DNA of 64,000 nucleotides, taken from NCBI GenBank assembly GCA_946535225.1, contig CAMNDJ010000001.1, positions 12,331 through 76,330 on the forward strand, read 5' to 3'. The position numbers and the translations under genes are program-made. This DNA comes from an uncultured Lachnospiraceae bacterium (GTDB lineage: Bacteria > Bacillota > Clostridia > Lachnospirales > Lachnospiraceae). A model generated the notes under the pieces. The model ran no database searches. It was not told where the DNA came from and saw only the letters and a program-made list of their open reading frames with translations. Shown here piece after piece: positions 17,324 to 27,375 of this stretch (its first letter is position 1; each line of letters opens with the position of its first letter).

Positions 17324-19366
17324 ATGAATAACGGAATAAACTTATACGAGGGTGGAGATAGCGGTTATTCCGGTTCAGGATCCGGAGGACAGAGAAACGG
17401 ATCCGGTGGAGGACAAGGCAGTAATGGCGGCAATAACGGAAATAATAACAATGCGCCCAGAAAACAGAGCCTTCTCTTTTTATTGATAGCATGTCTGGTA
17501 ACCCTGCTGTTCATGAGTTATTTTATGAAGGCGGTCAACGGAGCGACATCTCAGGAGATATCGTATGACAAGTTCGTTCAGATGCTCGAAGAGGGCAAGG
17601 TTGCCGGTGTTCATATCGACGCTGACAAGATAGAGATAACGCCCAAGACAGAAGAAGGATCAGATACACAACAGGCGCAGAGAGATGCGTTTGGGATGCT
17701 CAAGGTCACCTCTCCCGTCATCACATATTATACGGGAATAAGTGAGAGCAATGATGCACTTACGGAGCGACTGCTTAAGGCCGATGTAGAGATCAACAAC
17801 GAGATCCCGGATAATTCAGGCTGGATATTATCCATCCTGCTTACATATGTATTGCCCATACTCTTACTCTGGGGAGTGATGAGTCTGGCATACAGACGGA
17901 TGAGTAAGAGCGGCGGCGGAATAATGGGCGTAGGCAAATCCAATGCCAAGGTATATGTACAGAAAGAGACGGGAGTGACATTTGCCGATGTGGCAGGTGA
18001 GGACGAAGCCAAGGAGTCACTTGTGGAAGTCGTGGATTTCCTTCATGATCCGAGCAAATATACTCATATCGGAGCTAAGCTCCCTAAGGGAGCATTGCTT
18101 GTCGGACCTCCCGGAACAGGTAAGACACTTTTAGCCAAGGCTGTAGCCGGAGAAGCTCATGTACCGTTTTTCTCGCTTACGGGCTCGGATTTCATAGAAT
18201 TATATGTGGGTGTCGGAGCCAGCAGAGTAAGAGACCTGTTCAAAGAAGCGACCAAGATGGCACCGTGTATCATTTTCATCGATGAGATAGATGCCATAGG
18301 AAGAAGCCGTGACAGCAGATACGGCGGCGGTAATGAAGAGAGAGAGCAGACTCTCAACCAGCTGCTCTCAGAGATGGACGGTTTTGATACGACCAAGGGT
18401 ATCTTAGTATTGGGAGCGACCAACAGACCGGAGATACTCGATAAGGCTCTTCTTCGTCCCGGAAGATTTGACAGACGTATCATAGTAGAGAAGCCGGATC
18501 TTAAGGGAAGAGTAAATATACTTAAGGTGCATGCCAAGAATGTCAAGATGGATGAAACGGTCGATTTTGAGGAGATCGCTCTGGCAACGAGCGGCGCCGT
18601 AGGATCCGATCTTGCCAATATGATAAATGAGGCTGCGATCAATGCGGTCAAAGAGGGAAGACAGCTCGTAAGTCAAAAGGATATGTTCGTAGCTGTAGAA
18701 CAGGTCCTTGTCGGCAAGGAGAAAAAAGACCGTATCATGTCCAAAGAAGAACGCAGGATCGTCTCATATCATGAGGTAGGACACGCGCTCATATCGGCAC
18801 TGCAGAAGAATTCAGAGCCCGTACAGAAGATCACCATAGTTCCGCGTACGATGGGTGCGCTGGGATATGTGATGCAGGTTCCCGAAGAAGAGAAATATTT
18901 GAATACCGAAGCTGAGCTAAGGGCAATGCTCGTAAGCACTCTTGGCGGAAGAGCGGCGGAAGAGCTTGTTTTCGATACGGTGACGACAGGGGCATCAAAT
19001 GATATAGAGAAGGCAACAGGCATAGCCAGATCGATGGTAACTCAATACGGTATGAGCAAGAAGTTCGGCCTCATCGGACTGGCAACTGTCGAGAGCAAAT
19101 ATCTATCCGGTGAAGCAACACTTAACTGTGCGCCGACAACGGCTGCCCAGGTCGATGAAGAGATAATGAAGATCCTGGCAGAAAGCTATGAAGAAGCCAA
19201 GAGGCTTTTATCCGAGAACAGGGAAGTACTCGACAAGATCGCAGAGCACCTGATCGAGAAGGAGACGATCACCGGTAAGGAGTTCATGAAGATATTCAGA
19301 GAACTCAAGGGTCTGCCGGAGCCCGACCCCGAGGAAGAGAGGGCAGCGCGTATAAACATGAAATAG
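17324..19366 (+). CDS. ftsH: ATP-dependent zinc metalloprotease FtsH (paralogue with Gly/Asn-rich N-terminus)
   Basis: Two TM segments, GPPGTGKT, IDEID, SRH ALLRPGRFDR and HEVGH zinc motif. Confidence 0.95.
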   Translation: MNNGINLYEGGDSGYSGSGSGGQRNGSGGGQGSNGGNNGNNNNAPRKQSLLFLLIACLVTLLFMSYFMKAVNGATSQEISYDKFVQMLEEGKVAGVHIDADKIEITPKTEEGSDTQQAQRDAFGMLKVTSPVITYYTGISESNDALTERLLKADVEINNEIPDNSGWILSILLTYVLPILLLWGVMSLAYRRMSKSGGGIMGVGKSNAKVYVQKETGVTFADVAGEDEAKESLVEVVDFLHDPSKYTHIGAKLPKGALLVGPPGTGKTLLAKAVAGEAHVPFFSLTGSDFIELYVGVGASRVRDLFKEATKMAPCIIFIDEIDAIGRSRDSRYGGGNEEREQTLNQLLSEMDGFDTTKGILVLGATNRPEILDKALLRPGRFDRRIIVEKPDLKGRVNILKVHAKNVKMDETVDFEEIALATSGAVGSDLANMINEAAINAVKEGRQLVSQKDMFVAVEQVLVGKEKKDRIMSKEERRIVSYHEVGHALISALQKNSEPVQKITIVPRTMGALGYVMQVPEEEKYLNTEAELRAMLVSTLGGRAAEELVFDTVTTGASNDIEKATGIARSMVTQYGMSKKFGLIGLATVESKYLSGEATLNCAPTTAAQVDEEIMKILAESYEEAKRLLSENREVLDKIAEHLIEKETITGKEFMKIFRELKGLPEPDPEEERAARINMK

Positions 19367-19392
19367 GAACATACAGAGTCTTAAGACTTGCT

Positions 19393-19439
19393 TAAAACCA
19401 TACATTTGTCAAGACAAAAGTATGGTTTTATGGTATTAT
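19393..19439 (+). promoter_or_regulatory. Long inverted repeat abutting an extended -10 upstream of xpaC
   Basis: TAAAACCATAC-a-TTTGTC-aa-GACAAA-a-GTATGGTTTTA (19393-19430), followed directly by TGGTATTAT (19431-19439). Confidence 0.5.
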
Positions 19440-19481
19440 ATCTTTTAGCGTGAATTAAGCGATTTGGGGAAATAGATCGTT

Positions 19482-20753
19482 ATGGCTGATAAGAATAACA
19501 ATCAGAAATACAATGAATTAGGGGATCAGATCAAGAATTCGGTACTTGAAGCCTTAAGTACGGGTGATTTTACCGGACTGAGCGACAGCATATCCAGATC
19601 CGTCAATACAGTTATAGGCGATGTCGGTGAACAGATAAGCAAGGCTGCATCCGGTGCGGCAACAGCTGCAGGGAACGGAGCAAGATCCGCGGCCAGAGCG
19701 ACAGCTCAGAGATATCACGAAGAGCAGGAAGCCAGGATACAGCGCAATAAGGAATTAAGAGCGGCAGCTGTCAAGCGCAGTGTGACAAACAGAGTCAGAT
19801 TCGTTGACAAATACGCATTTTCCAGTGTGTTAAGAATAATTTTCGGCAGTTTATTCGGTGCACTCTTTTTGTCGGTCGGAATGAGTTTTGTCGGAGACGG
19901 AGAGATCGGCAATTCTCTGGTCGCATTTGTTATAGCGGCGTTATTCGGATGGATGATGGCAGGAGGTATCCGTAATCGTAAGCTTCTTGCCAATGCAAGA
20001 AAGCTCAAAGAACTAGTCAAAGAAAAGATGTACGTGACGGTCAGTGATGTTTCGGCCAATACGGGTCTGAATCGCAAAAAAACCGTTAAGAACATCAGAC
20101 AGGTTCTGCAGAAGGGATTCTTCCCCGAGGGACGTCTTGACGAAGAAGAGACCACATTCATGGCATCCAAGGCTGTATACGATCAGTACTTGGAGACCAA
20201 GAAGCATCAGATAGAGGAAGCCAAGGAGAATCTGGACAAGCAAGGTGTTAATGATGAGAAGAGAGCTACGCTTAATTCCGAACAGCTCACGGAACTCAAT
20301 GCCATGATGAGCGAGGGAACCAAGGCGATAGTCAGACTTCACGAACTCAATGATGAGATACCGGGAGAGGTCATCACAGCCAAGCTTAACAAGACAGAGG
20401 CACTGTTACAGGATATCTTCGGAAGAGTGCGTGAGCATCCGGATCAGATGAAGAACTGTCACAAGCTCATGGATTATTACCTTCCGACGATGCTCAAACT
20501 CGTGGAAGCATACAAGGAATATGATCAAGTATCCGAACCGGGACCTGATATTATCAAGGCCAAGGATGAGATAGAGAAGACGATAGACACGATCAATGAG
20601 GCCTTCTCGGAATTGCTCAATAAGCTATTCAGAGACTCCGTATGGGACGTGACGGCAGATGCCAAGGTATTGCAGTCAATGTTAGGGCAGGACGGACTCA
20701 CCAAGGATGATATGGAAGACATGGCGGTGACCATGGCGGATATGGAAGTATAA
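19482..20753 (+). CDS. XpaC-like (5-bromo-4-chloroindolyl phosphate hydrolysis family) membrane protein
   Basis: Two TM segments, then C-terminal 'KLMDYYLPTMLKLVEAY...EIEKTIDTINEAF...DAKVLQSMLGQDGL'. Sits directly upstream of telA, as is usual for this family. Confidence 0.8.
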   Translation: MADKNNNQKYNELGDQIKNSVLEALSTGDFTGLSDSISRSVNTVIGDVGEQISKAASGAATAAGNGARSAARATAQRYHEEQEARIQRNKELRAAAVKRSVTNRVRFVDKYAFSSVLRIIFGSLFGALFLSVGMSFVGDGEIGNSLVAFVIAALFGWMMAGGIRNRKLLANARKLKELVKEKMYVTVSDVSANTGLNRKKTVKNIRQVLQKGFFPEGRLDEEETTFMASKAVYDQYLETKKHQIEEAKENLDKQGVNDEKRATLNSEQLTELNAMMSEGTKAIVRLHELNDEIPGEVITAKLNKTEALLQDIFGRVREHPDQMKNCHKLMDYYLPTMLKLVEAYKEYDQVSEPGPDIIKAKDEIEKTIDTINEAFSELLNKLFRDSVWDVTADAKVLQSMLGQDGLTKDDMEDMAVTMADMEV

Positions 20754-20800
20754 CGGAACGGATCGCATAAACAAAAGGGAACAATAAGGAGGAAACACAA

Positions 20801-21955
20801 ATGGCAGATGAAGCAGTATTAACGGCAGAAGAGACAGCGACAGCACCGGCAGCGCCTACGGTTGCAGAGGCAGTGGCAGCACCGGCTCCTGCGCCGACAG
20901 CAACAGCATCGGCAGCAGATGATCTTGATCTTACTGCGGAAGATAAGGAAAAGATCAAAGCATATGCGGAGAAGATAGATATCATGGACAGCCAGATGGT
21001 CATTCAGTACGGCGCAGGCGTCCAGAAGCAGATAGCTGATTTCTCAGAGACAGCTCTTTCAAGTGTCAAGACCAAGGATCTTGGCGAGATCGGTGATATG
21101 CTCACGGGAGTTGTCACAGAACTCAAGGGCTTTGATGCAGGCGAGCAGGCTAAGGGTCTTAAAGGCCTTTTTAAGAAGAGCACGGGCAAGGTGGCAGCGC
21201 TTAAAGCCAAGTATGACAAGGCAGAAGTTAATATCAACAATATCGTAAAGGCAATGGAAGGTCATCAGGTCACACTTATGAAGGATGTGGCTATGTTGGA
21301 CCAGATGTATGATACAAACCAGCAGTATTACAAGGACCTTACCCTTTATATACTTGCCGGCAAAGAGAAACTCAAGACAGCTCGTGAGGAAGAGCTTCCC
21401 AAGCTTCTTAAGAAAGCTGAAGAGAGCGGACTTCCAGAGGATGCACAGGCAGCCAAGGATTATTCTTCAATGATAGACAGATTCGAGAAGAAAATATATG
21501 ATCTCGAACTTACACGTAATATATCGATGCAGATGGCTCCTCAGATCAGACTCATACAGTCTAATGACACCGTGATGTCTGAGAAGATCCAGTCAACGAT
21601 CCTTAACACTATTCCTCTGTGGAAGAGCCAGATGGTAATAGCTATCGGACTTGAACATTCACAGGATGCGGCTAAGGCGCAGAGAGAGGTTACGGATGCT
21701 ACAAATGAGCTTCTTAAGAAAAATGCAGAGGCTCTCAAGATGGCATCTATCGATACGGCCAAGGAGAGCGAGAGAGGTATCGTGGATATCGAAACTCTTA
21801 CACAGACCAATCAGACTCTTATCGATACGCTTGATGAGGTTATGAAGATCCAGCAGGAGGGCAGGGTAAAACGTGCCGAGGCTGAGAAGGAACTTGCCCG
21901 TATCGAAGATCAGATGAAGAACAAAGTACTTGAAGTCAGCAGGGCTTCCAGATAA
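20801..21955 (+). CDS. telA: Toxic anion resistance protein TelA/YaaN
   Basis: QYGAGVQKQIADFS, QMAPQIRLIQ, TIPLWKSQM and ERGIVDIETL. AGGAGG RBS. Confidence 0.9.
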   Translation: MADEAVLTAEETATAPAAPTVAEAVAAPAPAPTATASAADDLDLTAEDKEKIKAYAEKIDIMDSQMVIQYGAGVQKQIADFSETALSSVKTKDLGEIGDMLTGVVTELKGFDAGEQAKGLKGLFKKSTGKVAALKAKYDKAEVNINNIVKAMEGHQVTLMKDVAMLDQMYDTNQQYYKDLTLYILAGKEKLKTAREEELPKLLKKAEESGLPEDAQAAKDYSSMIDRFEKKIYDLELTRNISMQMAPQIRLIQSNDTVMSEKIQSTILNTIPLWKSQMVIAIGLEHSQDAAKAQREVTDATNELLKKNAEALKMASIDTAKESERGIVDIETLTQTNQTLIDTLDEVMKIQQEGRVKRAEAEKELARIEDQMKNKVLEVSRASR

Positions 21956-21969
21956 CAGAGCAGACTCAG

Positions 21970-23490
21970 ATGGTTTTTTCGGATTTAGCATTTTTATTTC
22001 ACTTTTTTCCTATATTTTTGATCGTATACTATATTGCGAGAGGTAAGGCCCGCAATATAGTATTACTTTTGGGCAGCCTTATTTTCTATGCGTTGGGTAA
22101 TCCGCTCTACGTTCTTTTGTTGATCGCATCGGTTCTTGTTAACTACCTTATCGCCAACAGAATACAGACTGTTTATGCCCGCCGCGGTGATGCCCGCAAG
22201 GAATCCTACAGCAAAGAGGATTTCATGTCCGAGATATTAGACCTTGATAATGTGGATCTTTCGGAAGAAGACGATAAAGAGTCTGAACCCGAGGAGTTCA
22301 AGCCCGGTGCAGCGGCCACCATATGGCTGATCACGGGACTTATCTATAACATAGGTGTATTATGTATCTTCAAATATCTTGATTTTATTCTGGAGGTGAC
22401 GGACAGTTTCTTTGCAACAGGGGTAAAAGGACCGGGACTGGCTCTTCCTCTGGGTATCAGTTTCTACACGTTCCAGATGATCTCTTTCATTGTGGATGTA
22501 TACAGACGTAATACCGAGAGCAAAGTAAGTTTCCTCCATTTTGCGACATATTCCACAATGTTCCCTCAGATAGCATCAGGCCCCATCACCAGATACGGTG
22601 AGGTCAAGGAGACTCTTGACAGGGTCAAGGGTGTCAAAGCCGGACAGCTTGAGAAGGGTATGATAGCCTTTACTCTCGGCCTGGGTTATAAGGTCCTGCT
22701 CGCGGATAAGATATCTGCTCTCTGGAACGATGTTTGGAGAGTCGGTGCACTCGGAATAGATGTAGCTACGGCATGGCTTGGAGCATGGAGTTATTCCATG
22801 CAGATCTATTTTGATTTCTGGGGCTATTCACTTATGGCCATGGGTGTTGCGGCAATGCTGGGATTCAATCTTCCCGTCAACTTCTCCGAGCCTTACAGCT
22901 CCAAGACGATGACGAGCTTCTGGCGTAACTGGCATGTGACACTCGGAAGATGGTTCAAAGATTATCTGTATATCCCCATGGGCGGTAACAGATGCAGCAA
23001 GATACGCATGCTCTTTAACATGCTCGTCGTTTGGCTGCTCACGGGAATATGGCACGGAGCCGGATATAACTTCATAATATGGGGCCTTTTCCTCTTCTTC
23101 ATTCTTATGATAGAGAAACTGACATACGGCAAATGGATGGAGAACACCAAGGTCATAGGTCACATATATATGATCCTTCTGATCCCGATATCATGGACTA
23201 TATTCAATATAACCGATGTGATGGAACTTAAGGATTATCTGCTGCGCATGATCGGAGTTCCTTTGGAGGGTATGGTAGTGTTCGGACTCAATCAGTTCGT
23301 TGAGCTTATCACTACTTACTGGTGGATCATGCTTTTATGCATATTCTTTGCGACTCCATATCCGATGCGATTCTTTAAGAGGTTTAAGAATAACATACTG
23401 GTCAAGTTCATGCTGCTTGCAGTATTCTGGTACAGTGTATATCAGGTAGCGATAACGGGAGACAATCCCTTCATATACTTCAAATTCTAG
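21970..23490 (+). CDS. MBOAT family O-acyltransferase (AlgI/PatA-like) 1
   Basis: LPLGISFYTFQ, FPQIASGPI, QIYFDFWGYS, FWRNWH, catalytic WHGA and C-terminal NPFIYFKF. Confidence 0.92.
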   Translation: MVFSDLAFLFHFFPIFLIVYYIARGKARNIVLLLGSLIFYALGNPLYVLLLIASVLVNYLIANRIQTVYARRGDARKESYSKEDFMSEILDLDNVDLSEEDDKESEPEEFKPGAAATIWLITGLIYNIGVLCIFKYLDFILEVTDSFFATGVKGPGLALPLGISFYTFQMISFIVDVYRRNTESKVSFLHFATYSTMFPQIASGPITRYGEVKETLDRVKGVKAGQLEKGMIAFTLGLGYKVLLADKISALWNDVWRVGALGIDVATAWLGAWSYSMQIYFDFWGYSLMAMGVAAMLGFNLPVNFSEPYSSKTMTSFWRNWHVTLGRWFKDYLYIPMGGNRCSKIRMLFNMLVVWLLTGIWHGAGYNFIIWGLFLFFILMIEKLTYGKWMENTKVIGHIYMILLIPISWTIFNITDVMELKDYLLRMIGVPLEGMVVFGLNQFVELITTYWWIMLLCIFFATPYPMRFFKRFKNNILVKFMLLAVFWYSVYQVAITGDNPFIYFKF

Positions 23491-23503
23491 GTGAGTCAGA
23501 AAA

Positions 23504-24724
23504 ATGAGTGACGAGATCGAGAAGAAGAAAAAGAAGAAAAACAGAATAAAATACTGCCCTTTTTTTATCATGGTCTGCTTAACGAGTATAGCCATGATGA
23601 TATACGGAATCGTAGAGGCGGCCGCAGGCAAATATGAGTGGAAGCTCACCTGGAAACATCCGGTATTTGCTGCAGTGCTGTTAGATGAGCGTCCGGTGGA
23701 AAAAGAGATCGAGCCTGAGGTTGCAGAAGAACCGGCATCCGAAGAGGACGTGACGGACGCAGCAGAACTTATGGCTGAAGGTGACATTGTTGAGCAGCCT
23801 CAGACTGAAGAAGAGGAATCTTTAGAGGAACCTGAGACAGAAGAGGAACCTCTCATAAGTGATGAAGAGTATCTGGAGATGTATGGTGAGATCCCTTACT
23901 ACGTGGACGGCGGTGGGGACATCAAGTATATCACGTGGGATACGGGTGAACCGAGGCTTAAGTCTTATGACAATCCGGGTATCAGACCGCTTACTTCCGA
24001 ATATCCTTATGTGCATGTGACAGATCCCATTAGTTACTATGAGAACTGCCTCTTTATCGGAGATTCACGTATAGGCGGACTCGGTACGTATTCGGGATGG
24101 GAGAAGGCATTCTTCGCATACAAGAACGGACTGAGCATCTATGGGCTTATGGATGCCAATCTTAATGTGATAAACGGAATGAACGCCACGTTGCCGGAGC
24201 TTCTGCGTGTCGGACCATACAGGAAGATCTTCATTATGCTCGGCATCAATGAAGTGGGTTCCAATACTTCGGACTATGGCGAGAAATTCGGTGAGATACT
24301 GGCTACTATAAGGGAATACCAGCCGGATGCTCCGATCATTATAATCGGTAATACTTTTGTTACCAAAGAGAAGGATCTGTCAAGCAATTCATTTAATAAC
24401 GGCAATATCAACTCCAAGAACGTGGCCATTGCAAAGTATGCCAACGGCAAGGATATATTCTATTTCGACGTCAATCCCGTACTTGTGGATGATGAGGGAT
24501 ACTTAAGATCAGAGATATCAAGAGACGGTGTACACCTGCTGGCTCAGTATTATTACCTGTGGGTAGACTGGATGAATGAGCACGGTTTCAGAGAAGAGGG
24601 TGTTGAATACGCCGAGGATCATCCCGAATGGAACACAGAAGATTCCGAAGGATCGGATGGATCATCGGATGACGGTGAAGAGACCGGTGCTTCTGAACAG
24701 ACCGGTGAGGAGCCTGCAGAATAA
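23504..24724 (+). CDS. Membrane-anchored SGNH/GDSL hydrolase-fold protein (probable O-acyltransferase/esterase partner)
   Basis: N-terminal TM and acidic linker, then block I GDS(R), block III GIN and block V DGVH. Confidence 0.85.
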   Translation: MSDEIEKKKKKKNRIKYCPFFIMVCLTSIAMMIYGIVEAAAGKYEWKLTWKHPVFAAVLLDERPVEKEIEPEVAEEPASEEDVTDAAELMAEGDIVEQPQTEEEESLEEPETEEEPLISDEEYLEMYGEIPYYVDGGGDIKYITWDTGEPRLKSYDNPGIRPLTSEYPYVHVTDPISYYENCLFIGDSRIGGLGTYSGWEKAFFAYKNGLSIYGLMDANLNVINGMNATLPELLRVGPYRKIFIMLGINEVGSNTSDYGEKFGEILATIREYQPDAPIIIIGNTFVTKEKDLSSNSFNNGNINSKNVAIAKYANGKDIFYFDVNPVLVDDEGYLRSEISRDGVHLLAQYYYLWVDWMNEHGFREEGVEYAEDHPEWNTEDSEGSDGSSDDGEETGASEQTGEEPAE

Positions 24725-24752
24725 AGGAAGTACTCTGTAAAGGTCAGATCAG

Positions 24753-26180
24753 ATGAGCGATGCATTAAAAAAGAGTTTTACGACTCTCAGACAATTGCAT
24801 AAGGAATTCATTTATAAAGGTTATACGATAGAGAAGACTGCGGATCATTACCATGTGGAATATGACTTCGAGATAAGCGATCTGTCCGAATTCAAAGCAA
24901 AGTGGGATTTTCCGTTAGCCCCTGTCGGAATCAGACCGGCCGGCTGTGATCCTGCAAAAGATCTGACGACTGATCCGATATTTAACAGATTGGTCTTTAA
25001 CCTCGGAATGGTGGAATGCATAAGCTATTACAAGATCACATGTCCTGAAAGATTCAGAGTAAAGTGCGGCCTTCTTACGGACGAACAGCTTAAGTGGTGG
25101 CGTAAGCTCATGTACAACGGCCTCGGAGAATTCATGTATCGCAACGGGATCGATGTCTCTGAGGAGGATTTGGTTAACATAACATGCAATGATTGTGATA
25201 AAAAAAAGGGCGCGACTGAGTCAGTTGCCCGTTTTTTGCATGATGAGAGATCTTACGACGGATATCTGACTCCGGTAGGTGGCGGTAAGGACTCTGTGGT
25301 GAGTCTTGAGTTACTAAAGGATAAGGATATCATCACATACACCGTGAACGGTAATGACACAACGAGGGCCGTTATAGATGTGTGTGATCACAAGTCTGCA
25401 GATTACACGGCATCGCGTAAGCTCGATAAGAGGATGCTTGACCTTAATGCAAAGGGATATCTTAACGGTCATACTCCTTTTTCTGCGATAGTGGCATTCT
25501 CTTCGGTGATAGCTGCTTATATCCTCGGCAGGAAATATATAACCTTATCCAATGAATCAAGCGCCAATGAATCGACGGTCAGAGATTCCTTTGTCAATCA
25601 TCAGTATTCAAAAAGTTATGAATTTGAGTGTGATTTCGGCAGATACTTAAGCGAGATCACTGATTCTGATATTCATTATTTCAGTATGTTAAGGCCGCTT
25701 ACGGAATTGCAGATAGCGGCTCTTTTCGCAACCTTTAAGGATTATCACAAAATGTTCAGAAGCTGTAATGCGGGAAGCAAGCAGGGTATTTGGTGCTGCA
25801 ACTGCCCAAAGTGCCTCTTCGTATATATTATTTTGTCTCCTTTCTTAAGCGAAGAGGCACTAGGGGATATATTCGGTGAGAAACTCCTTGATAAGGAAAG
25901 CTTAGATAAAGATTTCAGGGAACTCACCGGTATAGATGAGAACAAACCTTTTGAGTGTGTGGGAACCAGAAGTGAAGTCACAGCGGCCGTGAAATACTAC
26001 AGAAAGAACGGTGGCAGAAGCCTGCTTACGGACAGGTATTCAGATCATATCGACAGGGTGACGGGGGAAGACGTCAGGGAACTTCTTATGCAGTGGTGCG
26101 AAGAACACAACGTTCCTGAAGAGTTGTCCGATATCGTAAGGAATGCCATGGAGAATGTCAATGACGGGATTCGACGGTAA
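24753..26180 (+). CDS. murL: MurL-like UDP-MurNAc-L-Ala-L-Glu epimerase
   Basis: PP-loop-like PVGGGKDS, NGHTPFSA, SNESSANE, NHQYSKS, WCCNCPKCLF and KPFECVG. Overlaps the start of a murD homologue. Confidence 0.8.
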   Translation: MSDALKKSFTTLRQLHKEFIYKGYTIEKTADHYHVEYDFEISDLSEFKAKWDFPLAPVGIRPAGCDPAKDLTTDPIFNRLVFNLGMVECISYYKITCPERFRVKCGLLTDEQLKWWRKLMYNGLGEFMYRNGIDVSEEDLVNITCNDCDKKKGATESVARFLHDERSYDGYLTPVGGGKDSVVSLELLKDKDIITYTVNGNDTTRAVIDVCDHKSADYTASRKLDKRMLDLNAKGYLNGHTPFSAIVAFSSVIAAYILGRKYITLSNESSANESTVRDSFVNHQYSKSYEFECDFGRYLSEITDSDIHYFSMLRPLTELQIAALFATFKDYHKMFRSCNAGSKQGIWCCNCPKCLFVYIILSPFLSEEALGDIFGEKLLDKESLDKDFRELTGIDENKPFECVGTRSEVTAAVKYYRKNGGRSLLTDRYSDHIDRVTGEDVRELLMQWCEEHNVPEELSDIVRNAMENVNDGIRR

Positions 26181-27345
26181 GAAGATCTTAATATGGGGAT
26201 ACGGCAGAGAAGGCAAGTCTACCGAAGAGTTCCTTAAAAGAAATGCAACACCTTCAGTCATAGACATATATGAAGGTGACAGAGCCGGAATAGATGAATC
26301 ATCTTATGACCTGATATTTAAGAGTCCTGGCATCAGAATGGATGAGGATGATCCTAAGTTTACCTCACAAACTGAGGTATTCTTACAGGCTCACAGAGAC
26401 AAGGTCATCGGCATTACGGGAACAAAGGGTAAGAGCACGACCAGTATGCTCATGCATCATGTGCTGAGTGAATGTACGGACAGGCCGGTACTCCTGCTTG
26501 GCAATATAGGCAAGCCATGCCTGGATCATTACGACGAGATAACCGAAGATACCATTGTGGTCTATGAGATGAGCTGCCATCAACTGGCACATACGGATGT
26601 ATCTCCGCATGTTGCGGTATTTCTGAATCTTTTTGAAGAGCATCTGGATTACTACGATACGGTTGACAGATATTTTGCGGCTAAAGCTCATATAGCTCAG
26701 AATCAGACTGCCGGGGATCGCTTCTATGTCGGGAGCAATGTACCCCATATAGATACTAAAGCTTCTGTCACCGTAATAGAGGAAGGTATAGAATACGGAT
26801 ATGATCTGAGGATTCCCGGGGCACATAACAGATATAATGCCGAGTTTGTTTACAGGATAGCTACAGAGGTATACGGCTGTGACGGCGATGAGGTCAGAAG
26901 ATCCCTGTCTGAAGCAAAAGGGCTTCCTCACAGACTGGAATATGTAGGAAATAAAAACGGCGTCACATTCTATGACGATTCGATCTCTACCATTCCTGAA
27001 GCGGCCATCGGTGCACTTGGCAGTATTCCCGATGCATGTACTGTTCTCCTTGGCGGAATGGACAGGGGGATAGATTATACCAAGCTGACTGACTATATAA
27101 TGCAGCATCCTGAGTATAATTATATATGTATGTATGCATCCGGCAAAAGAATATATGACACAGATGTCATATCTACACTGGAAAACACATATTATGAAGA
27201 TGATCTTGAGGCAGCAGTTAAAAAGGCCATAGAGATCACACAAAAAGGAGCGGTGATCCTCTCACCGGCATCCGCGAGCTATGATCATTTCAAGAATTTT
27301 GAAGAGCGCGGAGATTGTTTTAAGAAGTTAGTTATGATACCATAA
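26161..27345 (+). CDS. murD: MurD-family UDP-MurNAc-L-Ala-glutamate ligase (probably MurD2 type)
   Basis: GYGREG, KSPGI, GITGTKGKSTT, GNIG, LPHRLE, DDSIST and SPASASYDHFKNFEERG. GGAG RBS favours ATG 26161. Confidence 0.85.
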   Translation: MTGFDGKKILIWGYGREGKSTEEFLKRNATPSVIDIYEGDRAGIDESSYDLIFKSPGIRMDEDDPKFTSQTEVFLQAHRDKVIGITGTKGKSTTSMLMHHVLSECTDRPVLLLGNIGKPCLDHYDEITEDTIVVYEMSCHQLAHTDVSPHVAVFLNLFEEHLDYYDTVDRYFAAKAHIAQNQTAGDRFYVGSNVPHIDTKASVTVIEEGIEYGYDLRIPGAHNRYNAEFVYRIATEVYGCDGDEVRRSLSEAKGLPHRLEYVGNKNGVTFYDDSISTIPEAAIGALGSIPDACTVLLGGMDRGIDYTKLTDYIMQHPEYNYICMYASGKRIYDTDVISTLENTYYEDDLEAAVKKAIEITQKGAVILSPASASYDHFKNFEERGDCFKKLVMIP

Positions 27346-27375
27346 GGCTTAAGGATACTTATCAAGGAGAAGAGT

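Noticed and set aside
17350-17455. Gly/Asn-rich low-complexity repeat at the start of ftsH (and the poly-Ala tail of VanW)
   Set aside because: In-frame low-complexity coding sequence, not a CRISPR array or phase-variable tract.
26383-27243. 286-aa minus-strand ORF
   Set aside because: Lies entirely antisense to the well-supported murD gene and has no recognisable motifs; treated as a shadow ORF.
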